Source: Catajapyx aquilonaris (lineage: Eukaryota). Taken from it: DNA of 60,362 nucleotides. The stretch is taken from positions 1 to 60,362 of the forward strand of contig JYFJ02002241.1 of NCBI GenBank assembly GCA_000934665.2. The letters run 5' to 3'. Of this stretch, positions 1-11,837 are shown piece by piece (positions within the stretch are counted from its first letter, which is position 1; each line of letters starts with the position of its first letter). Both the position numbers and the translations under genes were made by a program. The notes under the pieces were generated by a model. The model did not search any database. It saw only the letters and a list, made by a program, of their open reading frames with translations, and was not told the origin of the DNA.

Positions 1-1515
1 CTGTATGGATCTGGGAGCCGGACATTGTTGGATTGTTGCCCACAGGTGGTAAGGCCTCTTTGGCTAATTACACCTGCAATTCTTTTATCTAGGGCCAAGG
101 TTGTGTGGGTGATGCGAGTGGAGTGCGCTGTCATGTGCTTGGCGCTGGGTGACGACGTGGTCACTTTCGAGTTGCCTGGAGGCTGGGCAGTACACGTAGT
201 TGTGGGTCATCTGTACTGACTGGTGGTTGTCGGTCGTTGGAGGGAGACTGTACCGATAGACGAATGGTAATGATATTCCAGTGGAGGGATCGAAATAGTG
301 TCATAGATGGGAACGTACTTTGTATTGAGAGTACGAGTTGGTGAACTTGAATGGGTTCACTGATTGTTGCGGGCCGATGCTGTAGTTGCGGCAACGTGCC
401 TGTGGAGTCATGTCAAGATTATTTGGATATACTGTAATGGGAAGTTACATAGAAAGTTGACTTGATCACGTGTTGATAGAAGGTCGGACCAGAATGGTGG
501 GTCACATGTGTGTCGGCTGGGCCACATGGACGGCTGGAGGGCAGTTACCATCACTCCACAAGCCGCACACCCCTGACGAGCCCCAAGTAAGGGCGAAACG
601 CGTCGGGTGTTGTTTGTGAGTAGTGGGTGCTGATGTGATGTAGGTGATTCTGCAATATAGTTACTTGAGCATAAGACGCAGTCTCTCCAGTTTTTTCACC
701 TAGAATTCCACACTCCCTGATTCTCATACCTCGTCAGAGCCTACACCAGAAGGTGGGTCACATGGTGGATCAGGCAATTGTATGCTGATGGACGCTCGTT
801 CATGTTTTGGATGAGTGGTTGTTCATATCAGGTTTACCTGATGTGAATATCGTCGTTAGGGACGACGATGACACTTGGCTACGTTGTTGAGCGTAGGCTG
901 AGGATCTTGATTCTGTCGAGATGTGACCGTGGCCAGTGACTGTGTCATTGCTCCATGGATGCGAGCATCCATGCCCCGTTGATCAGTGAAATCCCTTGGT
1001 GGGTACCTACGGAGGGGTGGTGGTCGCCCAAGTTTGGGTGACATCACTTAGTGGGTTGTTGCAGGACTCTCTGGTCAAGGAGTCTAGACACCTGACAGTA
1101 GGAGATGATGAATATGGCTTGTATGGAGCCGGGGGCGAATTTTGATGTACCTAGAAGTATGGTTAAGTCAAGACTTGGTGTTGCTGGTTAAAAGGAGGGG
1201 GTTTTAGGGTCAATGAACTGACGCCGGTGTAAAGGTGGGGTGACAGCATTGTTGGGTCAGCATTGAAGCGCCTAGCAGTGTTACTCGTGCCTAAATGGGG
1301 AGCTGGTATGCTCTCGCGCGAGGTTCTAGGATCCGGAACAACCGTACCAAGCTGGTGACATTAGGGATAAAATTCCGCAGCCGCCGAGAGGGTTGTGATG
1401 GCTGTTGGAAGTGGTGTCATTTCCAATGGGGCTGGCCGTTTTTGAGTCAGAAATGGGTTGGCATGGATTCTGGCCAGAGCCAGTTTTACGTAGATGGTGA
1501 TATTGGTTAGCAGGG
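1..1515 (-). mobile_element. Possible heavily decayed Penelope-like retroelement remnant
   Basis: Minus-strand translations give PLE-like motifs in the expected order: KLALARIH..FL (~1440-1490), LLGTSKFAP (~1130-1160), PSVIVVPND (~850-880) and a DP-containing motif (~755). There are many stops and frameshifts. The nested hammerhead supports a PLE context. Confidence 0.3.
567..610 (+). ncRNA. Type I hammerhead ribozyme (minimal PLE/retrozyme type)
   Basis: Stem I ACACCC 567-572 pairs with GGGTGT 605-610. Core CTGACGA 573-579. Stem II GCCC 580-583 / GGGC 591-594 with loop CAAGTAA. GAAA 595-598. Palindromic stem III ACGCGT 598-603. GTC cleavage triplet 602-604. Confidence 0.87.
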
Positions 1516-2608
1516 GAGGACTCTGTTGAAAAAGAAAAAAAAAATAATTAGTAACAGTAGTGATGATCACATGGTCATCGTGTGGTATTGGACACGACGA
1601 TGAGGTGGTTTGAAATAGCAATTCTTGCATAGTGCAACAATTGTGGGAAATGGAAGATGTAAAAGTAAGATGGAAATCTTACGGATTTTTTAAAACAATC
1701 TGGATAGCCCTTGCGCAATTGTGCATGGGTACTCAGAGAAGACCGTACGGCAAGAGGAAGAGGCGGAAACGTGCTCCAGGGTGAGGACCGGGATGCTGAG
1801 GAAGAGAAGAAGACGGACTGGGCGGACGCGGCTGAGGACCAGGAAGCTAAGGAAGGGAAGAAGACGGAGTTGGAGATGCAGGTTGGTGGCAGGAAGAAGG
1901 ATGTGGAGGAGAAGATGTTCGACTTTTGCAGCACCTGTCCAGACATTTAGTTAGCGAAAATACGACTGTGACATGTCCGTTCAAGAATTATACTAGGGCT
2001 TATAATAACAAGTCATCTTATAAGTCACATGTGCGCAGGCAGCATAAGAGCACTACTTTGTGAGATGTTAAGGCAGACTTTCAAGTATGGGACAAGCATG
2101 CAAGTTCAGGTCAAGCAGAACAGACGTTTGACACTAGCACAGATATGGAGATCAACTATGACAATAGTGACGTATATAGTGAAACTGAAGATCAAGATTT
2201 TCACAAAGTTGATGTTCATGCATGTAATAACACCGTTTGGCGGTTTTATTTGGAATTGCATGCAGATCAACATGTTCCAAACAACAGTGCAGCACATATT
2301 TGATGGAATAGGGAGTCTTGAAAGGCTGTCAAATGACCATGTAACTAACATACTGGCTTCAGTGTTACGAAGGCGCGAAGTTTCATCTGAGATTAGTAGT
2401 AGCATCATCACGGAAGTCACAAGCAGCAATCTGTTTCCCAATGCTCATTCTCCTTCAGGAACTCTGGTTCTATGTAGTCCATGTTAGACTCATAAAACTT
2501 GTTACGTTTGTGACAGGACTGCAGAGTTCATTGAACTGAGCCATTGCAGGACAGAAAGTCGCTCAAATGCTGCATAATTATATCCATATCCATATATCCA
2601 TAAGAGCC

Positions 2609-4445
2609 AAATCGGCGCCAGGTCCGGATTATATATCTAACGCGATGTTGAAGGAAAGCTCCTCGAAGATGAGAGATGTTCTTTTTGAAATTTTTGCGAA
2701 ATGTATATGCGAGCATTCCTGCCCAGATGGTTGGGCCGAAGCAAAAATTGTTCCCATATTTAAGGCAGGAGATGGTTTGGATCCAAATAATTACCGACCC
2801 ATTGCCCTATTTAACAATACTTTTAAGCTGTTTACTGCAATTTTGGCACTCAGATTACGGAAATGGATTGAGACATTCCATTTGATCCCTGATTGGCAAG
2901 CAGCCTTTTGCAAAGGCCGTTCGTGCCTGGACCATCTCTTTACCTTACAAACCTTGATTAATAAATATCTGAGTAAACCTAAAGGAAAATTATATGCGGT
3001 ATTTATTGACCTGTCCAAGGCTTTTGATTCTATTCACCATAAATTACTTTTTTGGAAATTGGCCCAACTAGGCATGAGTCACAAGTTGCTCATGCTTTTA
3101 CAAGAAATTTATAGCAAAATGAGAATTGTAAGCCACGAACTAGCGCAGGACTACATTCCGATTGTCCAGGGCCTGCCACAAGGCGAATCGATGAGCCCAA
3201 CTTTATTTAACCTTTTTCTATCGGATATGTCGGACTTTTTGTTATCACATGACGCAAATGGTGTTAACCTTGGACTGGGTACGCCAGACATAATTTTTTT
3301 AGCTTTTGCGGACGATATTGTTCTTCTGTCTGACAATCCGCTATACTTACAACGTAATTTAAATGCAGTGCGTGCCTACTTTGGAAAAAATTCCCTACAG
3401 ATAAATCTGAAGAAGACAAATATTCTATGCTTCCGACGTGGCGGAAGAAATCCAGACCGCCCTTTTTGGTGGGGTGAGACACGGATAACCCCCTCTAACA
3501 CGTAGATCTACTTAGGGGTTCCATTCACTATATCAGGGAAATTCAATGTAGCAGCTCAATATTTTAAAACCAAAGCCTTGGCTGCGATAAATTCAATGTG
3601 GTCGACCCTAATAAAGCTAAAAATTAGAGATATCCAGGTTGCAATCAGGCTATTCAATTCGAATGTTCTCCCCATAATCACATACGGCGCCCAGATCTGG
3701 GGCCCGCGGTTCTCCTCGGTGATGAACCAGGTTCGGTTGACCTTTTTAAAGAAACTTTTGAGACTGCCCAAGAATACTGCTTCATATTTTGTCTACCTTG
3801 AAACTGGACAGACTCCTATCTCTCTTATATTAATAAAGCAAACTGCGAAGTTAATCAGTAAGTTTAGCCAAGCTAAGCAGGGGACTATATTACGCAACGC
3901 GTTCGACTATGCCACAATCTCAGACAAACCAAATTGGCGCAACTCGTATTCAGTTCTGTTGGCTCAATTGGGGTTATCCTGGCAGGACCGATCTTACATC
4001 GTTACTGTTCAAGTCCAAACAACTTCTGAGTCAGCAGCTCCTTGCCAGCCTCCAAGATACACATAGATACCAACATTACAGGCAGATTAAACACACACAT
4101 GAAATTGAAACGTATTTTTTATATGGTTTGCCACTTTACACGCAAAGAATGTTAGTTAACCTAAGGAACAAATCCCCATATATCCCAATCAACCACGAGG
4201 TATCTGTACAAATTGAAAGTGATGACAATTGTAGTTGGTGTAACTGTAATACTCAATTAACGACCCTCCATGTTCTATTTGAGTGCCCAATATTTGAGAC
4301 CCCACGGAAGAGTTACTTGAGTGACCTTTCTATTGTATCCTCGGAATTGTTACCATTTGTGTTTGCCGATTTGTCCAAAGTCCAGATTTATGCCCTTTTT
4401 TCTTTTTTCTCAAATGTTGTAAAACGTATCCAACTGTGTGGTTAG
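2609..4445 (+). pseudogene. LINE ORF2 reverse transcriptase plus C-terminal CCHC knuckle, disrupted
   Basis: Motifs KSAPGPD, NYRPIAL, FIDLSKAFDSI, GLPQGESMSPTLF, FADD and YLGV, with C-terminal CSWC-x8-H-x4-C. In-frame TAG at 3503-3505 and a frameshift near 4000. Confidence 0.9.
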
Positions 4446-4533
4446 TATGGCGATGCTCGGTGGTTGTGTCCCCCTAAAAATGGCCAATAGGCCAGCTAAT
4501 GGGGTAGAATAAATAAATAAAAAATAAATAAAA
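2609..4533 (+). mobile_element. 5'-truncated non-LTR retrotransposon (LINE) with A-rich tail and 15-bp TSD
   Basis: Target-site duplication ATATCCATAAGAGCC at 2594-2608 and 4534-4548. (AATA)n/A-rich tail at 4508-4533. RT coding sequence begins right after the 5' TSD. Confidence 0.93.
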
Positions 4534-5747
4534 ATATCCATAAGAGCCTGCAGTCTTTAAGCCCACTAATTGATCACATCCATAGTGGAAGTTGCTATAA
4601 GAACAATCCACTCTTCAAAGATAATCCAAATCCACTTCAGATTATCTTGTACCAAGATGCATTTGAAACTGTGAACCCTATTGGGGCAGCTCGGGGGGGA
4701 AAAAAACAAACAAACATAAAATGTTGGCAATATACTTCCCGCTTGCAAATATTCCAAAGCATTTGCGATTCTCCCTGCGTGTAATTAGGCTGGTGATGCT
4801 AGTTCGAGAGGCAGATGCCAATGCAGCAGGGCAGCGCATGTTATTTGCCAGATTGCTGCAAGACCTGCAGGTTCTCCAGAAGTCAGGTGTGGGCATCAAT
4901 GGGAAGTCAGTGCTTGGGACTGTCCATTCCATTTTGGGGGACAACCTGGGAAGCCATTACGTAGGAGGATATGGCATGAACCACTTCCTCGAGCATAGGA
5001 TTGAGAACTTGGCTAGGAAGCCCTCAGCTACAGTAGTAGGCGCCTTGTGGTTCCCAAGCCACTTCCGGTTTCATCACCCTGTGCTGAACCCTAAAGTGAC
5101 TTGGGACCCACAGGATGAGGCACGAGGTTGGTGGGCCAAGGTGGGCCAATCCATGCATGCCATTGTTGTCATGCCATTGTTGACCAATCTCCAAATATAC
5201 ATGCCATTGTTGACACGGAGCGGGTGAAAACAATAGGATCCTTGGAGCAAGCCAACCTTGTCATCCTGCCACCCCCAGATGAGGGCAGGGTCAACCCTGT
5301 AGTTACATGCATTGTTGGCATTGTTGGCATCATAGGTGTGCTGCATGCTAATTGTTGTCGCATGCCATTGTGGATTGGTGAGGCCAGCTCAGAGAGAATG
5401 ATCCGGGCCAAATGATACAGGACAACCAGATAGGCAGGCCCAAAATATGCATGCCATTGACACCTCGTTTCTGCCACGAGAAAACAATGGGAGAGGGCAG
5501 GATCCACGTGCCCTTGGGAGGAGCCATTGAAGGCACAATAGAATAAAAAGAGGGATCCGAGTGGGAAGGAAAATATTATTGTGAAGAAAAAAACAAATAA
5601 ACTCTCCAGAGAAATTATGCCCATTTTTATACCAGGCAAAACAGGGCTTCCACCTTTAAAGTGCCCAAAATATTTTAACAGTGTTGCCAATTCAGGGCGG
5701 ATAAACCCAGTTTCCAGCCACAAAAAAATCGACTGATGACCCAAGTG

Positions 5748-6148
5748 TTAAACCTTTATTTCTTTTCCCATACATTCTTTATACCTTCCATTTGTCACAT
5801 TTTTTGTTTTGTCAATGGTGAGGAATGTAAAAGGTTTCTTATTCCAACAACGCATACACTCTGTTTAAATTCTTGAAAGTTGTCGGAGCAGTGGTCGCGA
5901 AAGATCATGTTCAGGTTGCGATCGCAGACGGGAAAGACGAACAAAATGTTGGAATTGTCACGTATGAGCGCGGCGGGAATTCGTGTATACGTCTGAGCCA
6001 GATACAGGGTGTGGGTATTACGATGTCGCCCGTGGGTGAAGGCATCCATAATAATTCTCTGTTGTTCCAGCATGACATCGTCCAAGATTAACAGTTGGGG
6101 GCCATGTGGTGCGGAGGAGGGGAGCGGGGGCTCGTCAGTAAATACCAA
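5748..6148 (-). pseudogene. A32-like DNA-packaging ATPase, C-terminal half (Polinton/Maverick or adintovirus type)
   Basis: Walker B LLILDD, arginine-finger motif GRHRN, YLAQTYTRIP and IRDNSNILFVF. After a frameshift near 5858 it continues CWNKKPFTFLTIDKTKNVTNGRYKECMGKEIKV* (stop 5748-5750). Walker A half is absent. Confidence 0.75.
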
Positions 6149-6468
6149 TCTATGCCCTTTGTTTCAGAACAGGATTTTCGGACCGTCGCCTGCGCCTGTC
6201 CCGCGCTGCCCCTGACCCTGCCCCTGCTCAGGATTCGGCTACTGCCCCTGCTCGGGGATTCGGCTACTGCCCCTGATTCAAGGGAAGAGGCAGCCATCCC
6301 CGCCCCTGGCCTCATGGATCATATTCATCGGTATGTGTGCTGTTCAAGCAAAGTGGAAAAGAGGAAACTCATCCTTGCTTGATTGGTGCCGGTAATTTAA
6401 TACTTATTATGTCAATCCACCCCACCCCACAAGAGCTCAGTCAAAAATAATTTTATTTTCATATTCAG

Positions 6469-6857
6469 GTACAAGTCCATATGACTGTGAGTCATTTGTC
6501 ATAGTTCTAGACAAAGTAATGGCCATCAAGGGCATTGAAAACTACCTACAAGGAATGGTGACATTGATGGCCACATATTATGTGTTTGGGCTATCCTATC
6601 CCGCCAGTAGTTCAACCACTCTTGAATTCATTCAGCGGTAAGTTGACTGTTTTAAAAGTATATCTTGAAATGTGTGCTTATTTGTGTTATTGTAATTGAC
6701 AGATTCTTCCTGGGGGATTAATCCGGAGCGCGGGTCGAAGAGCCACACTCCAGGAGGGCGCAGTAGGAGTGGCGTGGACGCCAAAATTCTCAAACTCATC
6801 AGTCTACTGAAACAAAAGACATGGCAGCTGGATGCCATGCCCTTGACCCAGCACTAG
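6469..6857 (+). pseudogene. Last two exons of the CMC/EnSpm accessory ORF (SAMD3-like C-terminus)
   Basis: Exon 6469-6637 (..LMATYYVFGLSYPASSSTTLEFIQR), GT-AG intron 6638-6702, then exon FFLGINPERGSK.. with one extra G causing a frameshift. AATAAA near 6917. Confidence 0.6.
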
Positions 6858-6954
6858 TACTTCTGTTGTGATTCGTGTGACCGACTGTTACTAATGAATT
6901 GATGAACAGTTGTCCAATAAATAATTTGCCTAAACACTGACCACATTTCGTGCT

Positions 6955-6972
6955 ATTTTTTTTTTTACAGTG
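6955..6972 (+). mobile_element. CMC/EnSpm 3' terminus (reverse complement CACTGTAAAAAA)
   Basis: TTTTTTTTTTACAGTG ends at 6972, just downstream of the accessory ORF. ACTGTTACTAAT near 6885 is the inverted match of ATTAGTAACAGT near 1547, hinting that the left end lies near 1520. Confidence 0.55.
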
Positions 6973-9289
6973 TACTTGATACAGTAGCCCTGCATGAAGA
7001 TATAATATTATATGCCATCACTTAGCCGTATTGAGACACTGAAACTGGGAAATTATATATATGTAGTGCAGCATAAAAAAAGATTTTAATACTTATTACT
7101 TTATGCTATTTATAATAATGAATGGTTTTTAGGAAGAGTGAGAATGAGGCGTGTGGCCAACAGGGAGCATGGAAGCAGGCGTCCAGAGCCCAACGCATGG
7201 GGAGTAAGGAGGGAGTCGAATGCACACACTGCATTAATTGGCTGTAACCTTTTTGAATAATAATTGAAAATATTTGAAATTTTAATTTGACTTGACCACC
7301 CTTTATTTCCAACCTTGCCCGCTTCACTATCACTTTGAGTGGAGGCCACCCTGGACTTTAAACCAGAAAAGTTGTTAGTTCAGGAGCCACTCACAAATGG
7401 TGAGAATGAATGGCTCTGGAACTTTCGTATATCGTAGCAATACTAATTGATATTTTCAGACATAAAAAAAAACCAGGTGGGTACAGTGCCATAAGTTATT
7501 CTGGTTGCTGCACTGCTGGTCAGAAAAACAACTTTCACTTGAAAAAGGCAGTACAACTAACAAGAACCAGTGATCTACAATCTTAGTAATATCTCCAGGA
7601 AACAAACTCTTACTATGTTTTCATTCGGGCATCACAGGGGGACAACACCTTCCGAGATTGAAAACCAGGAAGGACGGTCATGAATAAAGTGTCAAGACCT
7701 GAAGAAAGTGGTTTCATATTATGTCATGTCATATATTATTACTCTTGTAGATGAAGCTTGTAGATCTCATATACACAGCACTATTCAGTCAAATTATGTC
7801 TAACATGTCCAAAAATTAGATGTGGAGAAAAAGGTGCATAATACATATATGTGAATTTCATTTGCCTTCTTGTAGAATGCTCAAGAGACCAGAAGTTAAC
7901 TTCTTATCAATTCACAATTCACACGGTGTCAAGTGACAAGACTCCCGCGGCAAGCACACCGAGAGAACCAATTAAGAAAAAAAGCACGACTTGCACCCCG
8001 CCATCACGGGTCGGTTGCCATCACCGGCACCGACCAAATACTACACTTTGACATCATTGATAAGGACCTTATATATGTGTACACATGACGGCACAGGCAT
8101 ATGCACGACCTCAGTAAGATAGCCAGAATCTTGCACAGCCAAATGTCCAGCTCTTTGCAGACCACAGTTGCCCTTCCCCTGGCAAAGAGTGGCTGCCCGT
8201 AAAACATGGAAAGTCTCCTTCAAAATACCTGACATCCAACTGGGTTTTCACCTGCTTGTACCGCCGGATCTTGTTGCACTACACTGCGCAAATAAATCCG
8301 CTAACATTGTGTTATCAGCATCTCTCACAGCCAAAAGAAGGAAAATATGATCAGAGACCTCATAACCGGAGCTCGTGAAGTGAGCATACATGACATCCAA
8401 ACACTTCAAAAGCATTATGGAAACGAGGTTTGGCACCAATGCTGCAGGTGACAGACACAAATAATATTAGTGCCGCATGGCAACATATTCCTTCTCAATA
8501 AGGCACGCTCCTGTTTAACCACGAACCACACCTTTTTCTTCTTCACAGGCCACGAGCAAGAGGGGCTCAGAAAATGAAGCAAAGTTCTTGCATTCCTCTG
8601 GCAGGTCAAACACTTCTGAAACACTCTCAATCATGGCAAGCGTGCCGAGGAAACTCGCCGCGGTCACCACCGGCCGGGGACATTCCACACAATACAGAAC
8701 TGATACTCATTACACACAACTCTCCTTTATAATAAATGGATTCTCAAAAAAGTGGACTTCACCCAGTCAATCATACTGTTGTACCAGACGATGCCAGCAC
8801 CGCTCAGGAGATGGGAGGAACACATTGTGTCGGGCACAAACTCACAAGTGATTGAATGTGGCAAGTTTCACATGAAGATACGCAGTTACAGCAGGGTGAA
8901 ACTGAGCCTGCTGCAGGCCACACGAGCGGAAACGCGAGCAACGAACCACAACCTGGTCCTTCAAGAGAGCGGTTTTACATCGGGTTAAGTGTGGGGCATG
9001 TTACCATCAACTGAGCAAAATTTTTAAACTGGCAAAGGGATTCCAACTAAGTTCACAAGGACAGTACCAGATGGGACTAGGACTATCTACACAATCAGCA
9101 AGAACTATATATAGAGCTACTACTGGCCACTTTTAGATTGCGAAATTGGACCGACTTGTTCAAGCACCTAATTTCAGAGGGACGCTACAAATCCAGTAAC
9201 CATGTGGGGGCTCCCCAGCACGCAGTTTTCCATGAGCTAGAGAAAAACCCGCTACAAATACAGCACATTGCGGCTCACGGAATGGACCT

Positions 9290-9600
9290 TCACCACGGCT
9301 TTAAACATGGGAGGTCATTCGGACACCGATGGACTGTAACAACTCCACATGATTTTTCCACAAGACAAAATTGCACCACGAGAAATCCTGCAGTTCTTAG
9401 AGACACAAACTAAATCAACGTCTTTCCTAAAGCATCCGGGTGGAGTTACAAATACTCCTCAGGATGTCAGTGGCTATCGCAAGTGGAGAGCAGAGCTTTA
9501 CCACGGTGAAGCTCATAAACACAACGTATCTATGGCTGACGAGAGACTCACATCGCTTGCAGTGTTATTCATTGAAAACGAAACAGCGCAGCGCAACCAT
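9290..9600 (+). pseudogene. hAT transposase C-terminal dimerisation domain remnant
   Basis: VFPK..LQILLRMSVAIASGEQSFTTVKLI followed, after a frameshift, by MADERLTSLAVLFIENETA. Confidence 0.75.
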
Positions 9601-10717
9601 CAGTTTGCAGGTCACGAAGCTCGGAACACTCACTGGTTGCTGTCCAGTAAAATCCTGCATGAACTACATAGAATGGCAGAAGTGTGAACTTTCTGATAAT
9701 ATTTTATGGCTGAGTGAGTTTCAGCATTACTCTCAACACACATTAAACCGTAAACCTTGATAAGAGTTATAGGAACACATTGAAATGTACAAGTGTGAAA
9801 ATTAGATAATTGGTTGAGTACGAGAGTCTTTTTGCACTTTAGAAATTTATCACACATCACATAACAGGCCAAACCGAGTTACTTTCCACAAACAATAATA
9901 ATGGATGAAATGATTGACAAGGTGCCTGCGACGGAAGTTGGATGCCACACTCATATTACATCTGAGACGCACAAAGAGAGGAATCCATTGCAAACTTTTA
10001 AGACATTGTCATGCGACAGGTAGTGATGTCAAGTCTTCAACACATGCAGCTCTAAATAAGCTGGCTAAAACATGAGAAATCAGTCGCATGCCTGTACTAT
10101 ACATGTAAATAAATATTATCAATCCTGTAATGCAGGCAAAAATGATTCAGATAGGCGCATTATGTCCCATGGTTTAGCCATGTTCCCTCTCCTAATTACA
10201 CAATCATCAGAGGTTGCTGCTTCTGGGGGATGGATCAGAAAATAGGTACACATCAAAAGGATAAAGAGTGTCGAAGGGTGTCGACTTGATCAGCCAGAAT
10301 CACATAAAACTCAAAACGGTGGATGCCGCGAGTCATTTGTCACTTTGCAGATGCGGCTCTTCCGAATTCTTAGAGAGAGTAACACATGATGAAATTAGTC
10401 AGGATCATTCACGCACAAGATTCAAGCATTGTATTCAAAGGCACGTATATGATGGTACCAGCTACAACAGTGATGGCACACTCATTCTATGAAACTGCTC
10501 TAAGTTACGTAACAAAATGGACTGAAAAAAAAAAACTTTCATGACTTCCAATCACACCGTTGGATAACCTTGAACAAGAAGACCTCTATGGGTACACACT
10601 GAGAACTTCATCTCTTGAATCTCAGGAGCTGTCCGGTGCCAGTTATTATCGGGGTGTTCCTGAAGTGGGATCAGGGGGACACTACAATATGCAAAAGCTA
10701 CGTTATGCTTTTGCTAA

Positions 10718-11837
10718 CCTCCAGTGTACACTTAGATTTCATTTCAATCCATAGCAACAGTACTAGACTTGAACTGTAAGCAGAAAATGTCTGCCATTGT
10801 TTTTAGCACTCAGTCGAAGACAATAAACCTGCTGAATGCTTATACGGAAAGTAAACCAGACTGTCATATAATACAGTAATTTCTCATACTAAAGGCCCTG
10901 GGATCTGACGCCACAAAATGAATGCCCCTTGCACTAATGGCAAGCACTGATTTCTCAAGATCAATATCTTAATCTCCAGCCAGCCTGTACCCCCTTGGCA
11001 GAGAAAGATAACTACCCATGTGGAGAAGCCCACATTTGAAAAGATGACCAAACGGAGACCAAATATCAAAGACAAAGGATGCCACTCTGGGGGAATCTGC
11101 ATGATGAGTCCAAAATCATATCTTCAGTGCATAACTGCTTTGTTAGACCATAATATAATTCCTACATATTAGAAATGCCGAGACAGTGTCAATCAACTAT
11201 GACGCCGAAGATGTTTACACCACTGTCTGACTGTATGGCTCACTCAGTACAGCGAAGTATAAAAAGTATAAAAAGTTGGGCATTGATGACGTATGAAGGA
11301 CTACCACAACAGGACGGCACCGATGAAGATGTTGCCCAATAACCTACAGCTTGCAGACAGGGAAGGTTTGAAGTGGCCACTCTTCAAGTGGAGGAAGGCT
11401 TCATGCTGAAATTAACCTCCTTCCCATTTCTAGTTGAGTAACTGTTCTCCAGTCCAAGCAAAAGGGGCTCTCCTTCTCCCCCCGCACCAAGTGGTCTATA
11501 CATAGTGCAATGTCTTCCTTTGCTTAGAAGAAGGTCTCAAATGTTTCATGCTGTCTCACAGAATTTAAAAAATTGAGAAACGAAAGTTACTTTGTACTGT
11601 TAGCAATACTCAATTCATTTCAAAAGATGCTAAGACACAACAACATATTGCATTTAATAGTCCTCTAACTCTAACACAAAAATGGCACTTTAGTTTCCGT
11701 TCTGTGCCATACCATTATTACCTTGCATATACAGTATTTGAGTTAAGCCTGTGATGATGACCACCTCACCTGCCAATATCAAACAAAAATTAATAACCTC
11801 AGATCCCAACTTGGGCGGCATGTGCTGGCCCGCAAGG
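10718..11837 (+). repeat. Diverged dispersed repeat, copy 1 (blocks 10718-10860 and 11761-11837)
   Basis: Both blocks match 43300-43445 and 44149-44225 in the same order and orientation, e.g. TATACGGAAAGTAAACCAGAC and CCAATATCAAACAAAAATTAA..CAGATCCCAACTT..TGTGCTGGCCCGCAAGG. Confidence 0.7.

Larger units (their letters stand above)
1915..4975 (+). pseudogene. CMC/EnSpm (CACTA-type) transposase remnant, interrupted by a LINE
   Basis: N-terminal C2H2-like finger HLSRHL..VTCPFKNY..KSSYKSHVRRQH (~1930-2050). After the LINE come IILYQDAFETVNPIGAARG, KHKMLAIYFPLANIP and ILGDNLGSHYVGGY (4640-4975), motifs typical of animal EnSpm-like transposases. Multiple frameshifts. Confidence 0.72.

Noticed and set aside
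8000..8700. Long minus-strand frame with few stops, briefly considered Mab-21/cGAS-like
   Set aside because: No catalytic motif could be aligned and the resemblance is too vague to support.
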